Part shown: in pieces, positions 24,276-33,299 of the stretch
Numbering within the stretch: the first letter of the stretch is position 1
Layout: the number at the start of each line of letters is the position of its first letter
IMG/VR virus record: IMGVR_UViG_3300018017_000002
Span: 1 to 51,437 of that record
Strand: one strand, 5' to 3'
Origin: a virus
DNA: 51,437 nt
Translations under genes and position numbers: made by a program
Notes under the pieces: generated by a model
The model's database searches: none
Told to the model about the DNA's origin: nothing
Seen by the model: the letters and a program-made list of their open reading frames with translations, nothing else

Positions 24276-24679
24276 ACCGCCGCGACAAAATAGGTCTGTG
24301 GACTTGTCTCGCGCTGCTCATCGCGTCGGCGATTGTGTTCATGGTCTGCACGGCGAGCGGCCAGACCTTGCCACCGATTCCGCAGGCTACATCCGTCAAC
24401 AAGACGAACCGGACAGTCGTGCATGAGACGAACGGGAGCACGGTCATAACCAGCAACGGTCGCTCGGTCACGAACTGGCCCGCGCCGGTGCCCACGGTGC
24501 AGTCATTTGAAGTGGACGTTACGGTAAAGGGGATTTTCACTGTCACGAACGTTCCGTATCCGTTTTACGTCCGTGTATATTCAAACGATTTGCAATGGTC
24601 AAGCAGCCCGCTGTTTCCGAAAACGAACACGATTAAAATGGGCACGCTGACAACCAGCATGACCTACACGAACGCATGA
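24272..24679 (+). CDS. membrane-anchored/secreted hypothetical protein (135 aa)
   Basis: N-terminal hydrophobic segment LWTCLALLIASAIVFMVC; ATGA overlap. Confidence 0.5.
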   Translation: MNRRDKIGLWTCLALLIASAIVFMVCTASGQTLPPIPQATSVNKTNRTVVHETNGSTVITSNGRSVTNWPAPVPTVQSFEVDVTVKGIFTVTNVPYPFYVRVYSNDLQWSSSPLFPKTNTIKMGTLTTSMTYTNA

Positions 24680-24687
24680 AAGGGTGA

Positions 24688-24924
24688 ATGGACAAGATGG
24701 AAACACTATCTATTACACTAATGGTAGGCGGAGTAGTGCTTGTCGGCACGGCAATAGGAGTGCCAGACCTTGGCTGGATTAGTGCGGCGGCTGTTGCTGT
24801 CATTTGGCTAGACCAAAAGTTCTCCCGAATAGACAAAAAGATAGACCGCTTGCCTTGTGTTCGCGGGAAGCATTGCGGTTTTGGATTGGAAGACCGCGAC
24901 AAAGAAGAATCTTCAACGATATGA
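24688..24924 (+). CDS. holin-like protein (two transmembrane segments, charged C-terminus)
   Basis: LSITLMVGGVVLVGTAIGV and LGWISAAAVAVIWL followed by a Lys/Arg/Asp/Glu-rich tail; immediately upstream of the putative endolysin. Confidence 0.5.
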   Translation: MDKMETLSITLMVGGVVLVGTAIGVPDLGWISAAAVAVIWLDQKFSRIDKKIDRLPCVRGKHCGFGLEDRDKEESSTI

Positions 24925-25385
24925 ACTTCCCCGACGACCTTCTACTCGGCGACGTGCTGCTCTACAACTTGCCGCATGATTTGCCGGATGATGTGATTGA
25001 CGTTTTCACCGACAGCGATGTTGCCCATGCTGAAATTTATTGGGGCAACGGCTTGTCTATTGCTGCCCGCGCTCAGGGCGTTAATGTATATGACTTCCGA
25101 TTGGACGGCCTGATGTATGTGCGCCGCCCTGTTGCCCCGTTTAATCGTTCGCTGGCCGAAGCATGGTTTAACAACGGCATTCGCGGATTGCCCTACGGGT
25201 GGGAAGGACTGCTCACGTTCGCCGGAATTGACCTGCCAAGCAAAGGTCTGATTTGCTCCGTAACTGTTGCGCTGTTGCTTAAGGTCGGTCAATGCCCATG
25301 CTTTGCAGATGATTACCCAATCCACAAAATCTCACCACGGGACTTGAAACTGCCCCGCGAGCTAACCACAATATACACAGCATGA
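24921..25385 (+). CDS. permuted papain-like (NlpC/P60 or YiiX-type) cysteine peptidase; candidate endolysin
   Basis: The ATG at 24921 overlaps the holin stop (ATGA). His-before-Cys order: ...SDVAHAEIYWGNG... then ...GLICSVTVALLL... Confidence 0.45.
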   Translation: MNFPDDLLLGDVLLYNLPHDLPDDVIDVFTDSDVAHAEIYWGNGLSIAARAQGVNVYDFRLDGLMYVRRPVAPFNRSLAEAWFNNGIRGLPYGWEGLLTFAGIDLPSKGLICSVTVALLLKVGQCPCFADDYPIHKISPRDLKLPRELTTIYTA

Positions 25386-25570
25386 AAACACTCATCATCC
25401 TCATCAAACGAAGGCTATGCGGCCTGATTTTCAGCCATAGGCCATTGCATCCTACCGATAGTGGGTGGGTTGTTGGAAGTAAAATGGTTGACCGATTCTG
25501 TAATAGATGTGGTCACATTGTGAGAATGCCAATGGCGGAAGACCCTCGCTATGACAAAACTACCCGCTGA
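25382..25570 (+). CDS. hypothetical protein (62 aa)
   Basis: Track ORF; ATGA overlap; CNRCGH motif. Confidence 0.4.
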   Translation: MKTLIILIKRRLCGLIFSHRPLHPTDSGWVVGSKMVDRFCNRCGHIVRMPMAEDPRYDKTTR

Positions 25571-25600
25571 AACTGAGCGGGTTCAACCCGTAGGAAAATT

Positions 25601-25960
25601 ATGGACACAAACTCAATACCAATCCTGACTCAAATCGGTAACGCAATGCCATCGGCCATTCAACTGCACTGGCCGGCCATCGCCATCCTCATCACTTACA
25701 TTACGCACGTCAACTGGACTACCGTGCAGAATTATTGTGATGCGCGGACTGGCGGCGTAATCCCGTGGCTGTTCCGGCTACTCGTCGGAACGCCAGCAAC
25801 TCAACCCGCCGCGCCTGCGGCACAAATGCGTCCTGTCACCAGTCCCGAAGGCACAGTCAAACCAATTATACAACCTGCTGCGATTGTACCACAACCAGCG
25901 ACGACTGACCCTTTTGGTCATGTGACAAATGACCCTTTGGGGTATCATACAATAACATAA
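25601..25960 (+). CDS. membrane protein with a Pro/Ala/Gln-rich C-terminal part (possible spanin-like component)
   Basis: Hydrophobic segment WPAIAILITYITHV; extended ...TQPAAPAAQMRPVTSPEGTVKPIIQPAAIVPQPATT... Confidence 0.4.
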   Translation: MDTNSIPILTQIGNAMPSAIQLHWPAIAILITYITHVNWTTVQNYCDARTGGVIPWLFRLLVGTPATQPAAPAAQMRPVTSPEGTVKPIIQPAAIVPQPATTDPFGHVTNDPLGYHTIT

Positions 25961-25962
25961 AA

Positions 25963-26127
25963 ATGAAGCGACTTATGACAAAAGAAATGTCCGACAAAAT
26001 TAGGGCACAAAGGCTCGCGATGCCCCGTGTAACTCTTGCCGAAGCACAGGCGCAAGCAAAACGTGTGATGGCTGGAAGAATGCGCCACAACCAACAACCA
26101 AACCAACAACACCAAAAAACACCATGA
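25963..26127 (+). CDS. hypothetical small basic protein (54 aa)
   Basis: Below the track cutoff; MKRLMTKEMSDKIRAQRLAMPRV...; its TGA overlaps the next ATG (ATGA). Confidence 0.35.
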   Translation: MKRLMTKEMSDKIRAQRLAMPRVTLAEAQAQAKRVMAGRMRHNQQPNQQHQKTP

Positions 26128-26696
26128 AAAAACTCACGACCACAATCCTGTTCGCAGCAACCATCGGCCTGCTCGCTCTGGCGGTCAGCGCAAGGGCGCA
26201 AACATCAACCAATCCTCCGGCATTAACCACTGCCCAAGCTCTCACTATTGCCGGAACAAATGCTCTGAATGGCTTGGAGTCTCTAAGTCTCACTCCGGGT
26301 TTTGTCGGTTCGGCATTTGCTGGCAACATTAGCGGCAATTCATTCGCCGGGGTTGCCATAAATACGCTTCCAACAAACAACATCAGTGCCGGCGTGTTCA
26401 TCGCGGACTTTTACAAGCACAACAAATCCGATGTGTTTGAAGGAAATGTGAGTGTGGCCTACAACGCCACAGCCACCTTGCCAATCGTCGGCGAGTTGCC
26501 GTGCGTGATTACCGAAGGGCCAGCCACAGACATCAGCAACGCCAAAACGGTGTATAATGAAAACACGCTGCTCACGGGTAAGACGTGGGTGTTCAACAAA
26601 AACGTCACACTGGCTGTGAACGGGGGTGGGGTCTATCTAACCAAATATCACAACCCCGGCTGGATGGCGACGGCGAATCTGGTTTGGAGATTCTAA
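26124..26696 (+). CDS. small outer-membrane beta-barrel-like protein (Lom/Ail/OmpX-like by architecture)
   Basis: Signal peptide MKKLTTTILFAATIGLLALAVSARA-Q; 190 aa; C-terminal ...TANLVWRF with terminal Phe and alternating hydrophobics (OMP beta-signal). Confidence 0.5.
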   Translation: MKKLTTTILFAATIGLLALAVSARAQTSTNPPALTTAQALTIAGTNALNGLESLSLTPGFVGSAFAGNISGNSFAGVAINTLPTNNISAGVFIADFYKHNKSDVFEGNVSVAYNATATLPIVGELPCVITEGPATDISNAKTVYNENTLLTGKTWVFNKNVTLAVNGGGVYLTKYHNPGWMATANLVWRF

Positions 26697-26708
26697 TAAT
26701 GTGTTCAC

Positions 26709-26737
26709 TGAGAGTTGATATAATACATTAACTCTCA
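26709..26737 (+). terminator. hairpin at the right edge of island 2
   Basis: TGAGAGTT-(13 nt)-AACTCTCA; no clear U-run. Confidence 0.35.
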
Positions 26738-26753
26738 CTAAACAAATTATACT

Positions 26754-27593
26754 ATGAGTTATCCTTTAGTTCCACCACCATTAAATGATACAGGAGCTTG
26801 GCAAATACCAAGAACCTTACAAAGATGGTTAGACATTAATCCTATTACTCACTTAACTAGAACTCAGGCATATATTACCTTGCCAGCATTCAATGTAAAT
26901 GTTAATTGGTTAGGATATTCTGATATAGTTGCGTCATTTAACTATGAAGGGCCAAATAACTTTAGTTTGATTGGTTTTAATATTGAACCTAGTTCTACTC
27001 CTAATTATTTGTTATGTATAATGTGGAAAGATAGTAAAGATAATGTAAATCGCTATAAGTTGTGGTCTGGTGTTGGCGAAATATTATATTTCAATATACC
27101 AGTATATGCAGGACAAAAAATAGGAAAGAATTTTAGACTTGAGATTTGGTCAACTAATAATACACCAGCAATACAAACAAACAATATACAGGTGTACACT
27201 TCTGTTCTTGGCAAGCAGGACTATAGATGGGGAACCGATTTTACACTAGTTGGTAGCGATACTATTTGTACTAATTTTAGTGAACCTTCTAATACAATAG
27301 AGTTGGCAATGGGAAAACAGTATGTCGTACCCTATAGTGGCAATTACTATATAATTATAGCAATACCAGCAGGACTTTATGCGCAGACTTTTGTATACAC
27401 ACAGGGTAATGATACTGGATTGTTTGAAAATGACCACACAACTCCTGTTCCTGCCGGCCCCTTTATAGCTATAGATGCTATATATTTTCTTGAAGGGCCT
27501 CATTTTGTAGCATCAACGTCGTCAGTAAGTATCTCTAATGTATTTGCAGTACCAATAGCATTTCCGCCTAACTCATATCCACAACCAAATTAA
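26754..27593 (+). CDS. virion structural protein, function unknown (279 aa)
   Basis: Track ORF in the tail/fibre block. Confidence 0.55.
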   Translation: MSYPLVPPPLNDTGAWQIPRTLQRWLDINPITHLTRTQAYITLPAFNVNVNWLGYSDIVASFNYEGPNNFSLIGFNIEPSSTPNYLLCIMWKDSKDNVNRYKLWSGVGEILYFNIPVYAGQKIGKNFRLEIWSTNNTPAIQTNNIQVYTSVLGKQDYRWGTDFTLVGSDTICTNFSEPSNTIELAMGKQYVVPYSGNYYIIIAIPAGLYAQTFVYTQGNDTGLFENDHTTPVPAGPFIAIDAIYFLEGPHFVASTSSVSISNVFAVPIAFPPNSYPQPN

Positions 27594-27598
27594 TATAT

Positions 27599-28984
27599 AT
27601 GCCACAACCTTCATCTATAGATTTCATTGCTCCATTCGACCCAACTGGTTATACATCAATAACTGGCGCCCAACTACTTCAATTAGTGTCTGGATTATAT
27701 CCTAATACTGATACTGGACTAACTTTAATTACTGCTGATATAGCTGGAATTCCACAAGTACCTGATGCTTCCACTACAACCAAGTGGGAAAACTATATAT
27801 GGATTAGACAGTCAGCTACCTATGTAACTGCTTATGTATGGAATCCTAATGGAGCCACTGATGCTACATATCTTAATTGGGTAACTATAGCTTCTGCTTC
27901 TATTGGAGCAGGAACTATCCAAGGCTACATGATAGCTCCTAATACTATTCCAGCATCAGCCATAATTAGTATATCAGCTACCCAAATATCTGGTTCTGTT
28001 GTTCCAGCATGGCTAGCACAGCTTAATATATCTGGAACAGCATATTCAACTAATGGATTAATGAATAATAATTCACCTGTATTTGGTGTACTTAATGGTG
28101 CTGGCTCTACAGTTGGAATACCTGTATTCGGTACTCAAGTAATACCTTCTACTGCATACGGATTACAAACTATTGGAGGAAGCACAGTAGCATTAGCTAG
28201 CCCTATTGTTGATAATAGTATTACTACTAGACAGCTACTATCGAATGGCGGCACAGCTACCGCAGCAGCAACTATTGCAGCAGTCGACCCAAAAACTAAT
28301 ATAATTGTACCAACTACATCTATTCCTGGAATACCTAGCAATACTTCTGTTCCACAAGCTTCTGCTATAGGTGATATTCTTGGAATAGGATATAATGCGA
28401 ATGCAGCACAGTTAGGTTTTGTTACTATTAGCAGAGCATTGTTAAATTTAGATGACCCTGCTAGTGTAGCAGGACAAGTTCAGATTCCAATTGTAAAAGC
28501 AGCAGCTACTGCATATTCGTATGCTAATTTTGGCAACTTAACATTGCAAAAAATAAACGCACAATATTCAACAGCTACCGATTGTACAGGTTCAGTCAGC
28601 ATGACTGATAGTGTAGTTGGCATGACCACAAAAGGTACATCACGTTCTAGTGGAGTGGCTGTTACAATCACTCCTTTAGCTGGAACTTCTGGCTCTAAAG
28701 TAATTGTTACTGCTCATGTTCCTGTATATTTGAATATAAGTGGCGGGGGAGCCTTATGGTTAGGCTTATATGATTCTGTTTCTGCTTTATTTATAGCTTT
28801 TGCTAGATTTGGAGGAACAAATATTTCCAATGTTATTACTCTAAAAGGAACAACTGCTGCACTAACAGTGAATACTGCAAGAACATTTACTATTTATATT
28901 GGAACCACATCAGGGACAGCAGCTAATGCACAAACTAACTATTATTCTGAAGGTGCATTTATAACAGCAGAAGAAGTTCTATAA
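27599..28984 (+). CDS. tail-fibre-like protein (461 aa)
   Basis: Ala/Thr/Ser/Gly/Ile-rich with repeated I-x-x-x-I periodicity (...TIQGYMIAPNTIPASAIISISATQISGS...); position in the tail block. Confidence 0.5.
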   Translation: MPQPSSIDFIAPFDPTGYTSITGAQLLQLVSGLYPNTDTGLTLITADIAGIPQVPDASTTTKWENYIWIRQSATYVTAYVWNPNGATDATYLNWVTIASASIGAGTIQGYMIAPNTIPASAIISISATQISGSVVPAWLAQLNISGTAYSTNGLMNNNSPVFGVLNGAGSTVGIPVFGTQVIPSTAYGLQTIGGSTVALASPIVDNSITTRQLLSNGGTATAAATIAAVDPKTNIIVPTTSIPGIPSNTSVPQASAIGDILGIGYNANAAQLGFVTISRALLNLDDPASVAGQVQIPIVKAAATAYSYANFGNLTLQKINAQYSTATDCTGSVSMTDSVVGMTTKGTSRSSGVAVTITPLAGTSGSKVIVTAHVPVYLNISGGGALWLGLYDSVSALFIAFARFGGTNISNVITLKGTTAALTVNTARTFTIYIGTTSGTAANAQTNYYSEGAFITAEEVL

Positions 28985-28985
28985 T

Positions 28986-30800
28986 ATGGCTGAGTACAAA
29001 CAAAATTCATTCTCTGGTGGATTTAATCTTCTACTTGATGATACTAGACTTCCTGTATCATTTAAGTACAAAGAGGGAGATACTCCTTATGATATTACAT
29101 ACAATCAATATCGACTTGGAATTAATACACGCACACGCTTCGATGTATGTTCTTCTATAAATTCATCAACTGTAGATTTATTAGCACCGGCAGGAATAAA
29201 ACAAGCCCTAATAGCTTTTGGTAATTATATTATCTTATTCGTATCTGGCACAGCATGGTATCAGTTAAATGGTACACAAGGATGGATTCAGATAAATGGA
29301 TTCTCGATGGATAAAGTTGCCCCAAGATATTGGACATGTGCAGTTCCACTAACAACAACAAATTATGGCCGCCTTGCAAATCCTGTAAGTGGAACAGTTG
29401 CCCTTCCAAATGCAAATGGTGGAATTAATCAAGTTCAAACTAATATAGTAGCTGGTGAATTTGGAAACACACCAGGACTGTTAGTTCAAGACGGAATTAA
29501 TCAGTCACAGTTTATTTATGTTGATAACAACAATAATGTACAGTGTCGAACAACGCAAACGTATGATGAATGGTCATATCCACTGGACAATACAACATTA
29601 AAGCTAACAGGGCCTGACAATAGAGAGTATGTTCCTGTTGGAACCTTTATGGAATGGTACAATGGAATACTATTTATAGTTGACACCAATTTTGAATATA
29701 TTTATCGTTCAGTGTCTGGCAGGCCATTAGATTTTGTTGTTAATGTTGATATGTATGGACAAAAAGGTGGCGACGCTTCTACAACATCATATTCTGTTGG
29801 TGTATCAGGTATTACTGCTATGAGAGCTATGCCAGGAAATAGTTTATTTGTAGCTGCGGGTGGTGCATCAACATTTTTAATTACACTTAATCAGACACCG
29901 AATGCTCCTACTATATTTGGAGAATACACTTTTAACAGACAAGTATTGTTTAATTCTAATTGTATAACTGAAAGAGGCATTATTGATATATCTGGCTCAC
30001 CTAACTCATCTAATGCCGGTGATACAGTATTTATTGATGCTAATGGTTTGCGTTCATTTAATGCAATTTTATCATTACAGAATGAAGGTCGTAATAGTAT
30101 TTTTTCAGCTACCATTTCTGGATTATTTGCTGGAATAATAAATTCAACTACTATAACTGCATCTACAGGTTCTGGTTGGGCATCTGCTATAATGTTTGAT
30201 AACTATGCAATATTTTCTGTAAACACAGTATTTGGATACGTATTAGTAGTGTATGATACTATTAACAATGTGTATCAAAGTATAGATACACTGCAAGTTG
30301 GTAATCATGCTGTTAAACAATTTGCGGCTATTACTATAACAACATTATCTTTATTTGCAATAACTGATGATGATAGAGTTGTTAAACTTTACTCATCTCC
30401 TACTTTTGATTCTTCTACTATTCGATTAGGCGCAGTTAGTGCACAAGACCCTAAAAAAGAATTGAAAGTTATAAATGTTCGTGCTATATTTTCTAATATA
30501 ACTACTAATAGTACATTTACATGTAAATTGTTTGTAAACAATAGACTAGAACAAACTGTAACAGAAAAGCTAGAATATGTCAATCCTGTTACTCCTTATA
30601 ATGGTGTTCCTATTGGAACTGATATTGATACACAAACTAACAATACATTATTTTCATTTCCAAACTCGTCACAAGGATGGAAAGCTTTTGTAGTATTAAC
30701 ATGGACAGGAAGTGCATCACTTACATCTACGTCAATCACTACTATAGATGAAACTCCAATGCAACCAATTCGTACTCAAGCTGTTATTCAGCAAACATAA
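28986..30800 (+). CDS. virion structural protein (604 aa), possibly a tail tube or nozzle component
   Basis: Size and position only. Confidence 0.5.
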   Translation: MAEYKQNSFSGGFNLLLDDTRLPVSFKYKEGDTPYDITYNQYRLGINTRTRFDVCSSINSSTVDLLAPAGIKQALIAFGNYIILFVSGTAWYQLNGTQGWIQINGFSMDKVAPRYWTCAVPLTTTNYGRLANPVSGTVALPNANGGINQVQTNIVAGEFGNTPGLLVQDGINQSQFIYVDNNNNVQCRTTQTYDEWSYPLDNTTLKLTGPDNREYVPVGTFMEWYNGILFIVDTNFEYIYRSVSGRPLDFVVNVDMYGQKGGDASTTSYSVGVSGITAMRAMPGNSLFVAAGGASTFLITLNQTPNAPTIFGEYTFNRQVLFNSNCITERGIIDISGSPNSSNAGDTVFIDANGLRSFNAILSLQNEGRNSIFSATISGLFAGIINSTTITASTGSGWASAIMFDNYAIFSVNTVFGYVLVVYDTINNVYQSIDTLQVGNHAVKQFAAITITTLSLFAITDDDRVVKLYSSPTFDSSTIRLGAVSAQDPKKELKVINVRAIFSNITTNSTFTCKLFVNNRLEQTVTEKLEYVNPVTPYNGVPIGTDIDTQTNNTLFSFPNSSQGWKAFVVLTWTGSASLTSTSITTIDETPMQPIRTQAVIQQT

Positions 30801-30802
30801 AT

Positions 30803-31774
30803 ATGTTATCTTATGTATTACAACAAATTGGCTATAAAGTAGGACTGAATCCTGCTGACAGTGGCCAGAGAGCAGTTCTATTACGCTTCGCTAATACTGC
30901 TGCTAAAGAGTTATACAGTATCTCTGATATGTCAGGTTGTTTAGAAGAACAGTATTTCAAGATTAATGCTGACCAAACTATATCCTTGCCAGAGTATGTA
31001 GGACAAATAAGAGCAATGAGGGAATCTTGGTCACATATAGCTATTAAGCTATCACAAATGCGACCAAGGTATAATCAGTTTAACTGGACACAAGAATGGC
31101 GGAATTGGAGAATAAAAGGACTACAGACACTACAAACATCCTTGCAAAATCAATCTAAATTAATAGTGTCTGCGACTACTATAGAATCGACACCAGCTAT
31201 TATTAACATTTCAGGGCCGTCAATAGGTTCTACTAATGTGTCCGAAACTATTACACTGTCAAGCACTCCAATTCAAACTTCTAATACATATCTTGATGTG
31301 TCTGCTTTTACTAGAAATACTGTTGGCCAATATGATATTATTCTATCTGATATAGATGGTAATCAAATATCATACATACCTAACAATAAACTTAAAGCAC
31401 AATTTCAGATAATTGATATTTCTACATCACCTTGGTTTCCACCTAATGTTAATCCATTGTTAGGTTGGGTTGAAGTTCTATACAAGAAATCATTACCTTG
31501 GTTTCAAAATGATAATGATGAGTTTCCTGTTCCTGGATATGACGAAGTATGGATTAATAAATGCTTGCAATTATGGTATGAAGAAGCAAAAGATATACAA
31601 ACAGCAACAGCCTATTATCAGAAAGCTATAGCATTGTTAGCACAGATACATGAGGATGCTAATAGAGGAACAGCGGATGAGGTTGCATTTGTAGAAAATC
31701 CTCATGATAGAATAAATCATCGTACAGGATTTGGAAGAGACTGGCAATATGCTTATAGAATTACAGGAAGATAA
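30803..31774 (+). CDS. virion structural protein (323 aa)
   Basis: Position only. Confidence 0.5.
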   Translation: MLSYVLQQIGYKVGLNPADSGQRAVLLRFANTAAKELYSISDMSGCLEEQYFKINADQTISLPEYVGQIRAMRESWSHIAIKLSQMRPRYNQFNWTQEWRNWRIKGLQTLQTSLQNQSKLIVSATTIESTPAIINISGPSIGSTNVSETITLSSTPIQTSNTYLDVSAFTRNTVGQYDIILSDIDGNQISYIPNNKLKAQFQIIDISTSPWFPPNVNPLLGWVEVLYKKSLPWFQNDNDEFPVPGYDEVWINKCLQLWYEEAKDIQTATAYYQKAIALLAQIHEDANRGTADEVAFVENPHDRINHRTGFGRDWQYAYRITGR

Positions 31775-31794
31775 CAAATTTGATACATTAATTT

Positions 31795-32970
31795 ATGGCT
31801 AAATCATCTGCACTAACTGGTTCTCCACTGCCCCTCGATAGTAAACAGGCAAAACTGTGGAATACTTATGCTACATATCTTCCGCAGATAATGAATATAA
31901 CAAATGCACAGGAAACTCCTGCTGCATTAGCTCAATTAGGTGCAACACAAGCTACATTACCTGGATATAATGCACTTAATTTACAACAACTATTACAATA
32001 TGGTTTACCAACAGCACAAGCTGGTCAACAAATTCAGAGTTCAAATGCTTTAGCTGGTTCACAAACACTACTTGACCAACTTCAAGGGCCGGGTGGACAA
32101 GCTGCTATTTATGGTACTGCTCTTAATAATGCTCTTAATCCAGCACAAGCTGCTGCTAATGGTCAAGCTGCTAATCTGGTTAACAGTATTAACCTCAATG
32201 GCTTATCTGGCGGTGAGCAAGCAGCAGTTGAACGCTCACTAAACCAATCTAATTATGCCACTGGAAACCTAGGATTAGATAATGCTACCAATGCTGTATC
32301 AAACGCTATGCAATTTGGTAATGCATTACAAGCTAAACGTGCTGCTTTGGGGTCGGCCCTTGGGACTGCCACAGGGGTTGCTTCTTCTCAGAACCAGCAG
32401 ATAAATCCATTTGCTGCTGCTATTGGCCAGCCTAGTCCAGCTACACAATCTAACTTTGGTACTAATACATTCTCTCCAACTAGTCCAAATTCTCTTGGTT
32501 CTAATACATCTAATATATTTGGATTTGGTTCAGGTTTGCTAGGAAATCAAACGTCAATGCAGAATACTAATACATCTGCTGGCGCGCAACTTGGAGTGGC
32601 TAGTGCAATACCAGCATATATTGGTTCTGTATGTTGCTTTATTATGTTGGAAGCATATCATGGAACTATGCCAACGCATGTTAGAAAAAGTAGAGATAAA
32701 TACTACAAGTATTCAACAGATATGGCTGCTGGATATAGGAGAGTAGCATACTACATAGTGCCATTAATGAAAAAATCAAGTGCCGTTCGCTCTATAGTTT
32801 GGCATCTTATGGTACATCCAATAACTAAACATCTTGGATTCGTACATGGAATAGAAGATTATTCATGGCTTAATAAAAAGATTTGTAGATTTTGGCTCAG
32901 AACGTGGACTATTCTAGGCAGAAACAAGAATGAGTCTGCATATAATAAGGAATTTACTTATGCCTTTTGA
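31795..32970 (+). CDS. Ala/Gln/Asn/Gly-rich protein with a distinct Cys-Cys-containing C-terminal domain (391 aa)
   Basis: Low-complexity N-terminal 270 aa, then ...GSVCCFIMLEAYHGTMPTHVRKSRDKYYKY... Confidence 0.55.
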   Translation: MAKSSALTGSPLPLDSKQAKLWNTYATYLPQIMNITNAQETPAALAQLGATQATLPGYNALNLQQLLQYGLPTAQAGQQIQSSNALAGSQTLLDQLQGPGGQAAIYGTALNNALNPAQAAANGQAANLVNSINLNGLSGGEQAAVERSLNQSNYATGNLGLDNATNAVSNAMQFGNALQAKRAALGSALGTATGVASSQNQQINPFAAAIGQPSPATQSNFGTNTFSPTSPNSLGSNTSNIFGFGSGLLGNQTSMQNTNTSAGAQLGVASAIPAYIGSVCCFIMLEAYHGTMPTHVRKSRDKYYKYSTDMAAGYRRVAYYIVPLMKKSSAVRSIVWHLMVHPITKHLGFVHGIEDYSWLNKKICRFWLRTWTILGRNKNESAYNKEFTYAF

Positions 32971-33292
32971 TTGGAGTAATTTTGGAAATGTATTTATGCC
33001 ACAAGCACAAGATGTGTTAATGAATAGATTAGCGCAATCACCTATTGGTGGAGCGTATAATACAGCAGCACCCATATTCGGAGCACCTTCTTTAATTGGT
33101 CAATCTTCCTCACAATATTCTCAAAATCAACAACCACAACAGCCACAAACTAATCCACAAGATGCTGTTTTGAATCATTGGCAGCAACAAAATCAACAAA
33201 CTGCCTCCGAAGGGCCACCTATACAGCAAGTTAGTACGCCAAAAGGAAAAGGTGACCAAGTAGCAGGTGCTTTAATCGGAGCATTATTATAA
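32960..33292 (+). CDS. Gln/Pro-rich small protein (110 aa)
   Basis: Track ORF 32930..33292 trimmed to the ATG at 32960 (MPFDWSNFGN...). Confidence 0.45.
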   Translation: MPFDWSNFGNVFMPQAQDVLMNRLAQSPIGGAYNTAAPIFGAPSLIGQSSSQYSQNQQPQQPQTNPQDAVLNHWQQQNQQTASEGPPIQQVSTPKGKGDQVAGALIGALL

Positions 33293-33299
33293 TAACATT

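Larger units (their letters stand above)
22465..26700. other. GC-rich compositional island 2 (envelope / adsorption / lysis cassette)
   Basis: By-eye switch to GC-rich, GC3-biased coding sequence. The left edge is inside ORF 22378..23598; the right edge is at the stop of 26124..26696. Confidence 0.8.
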
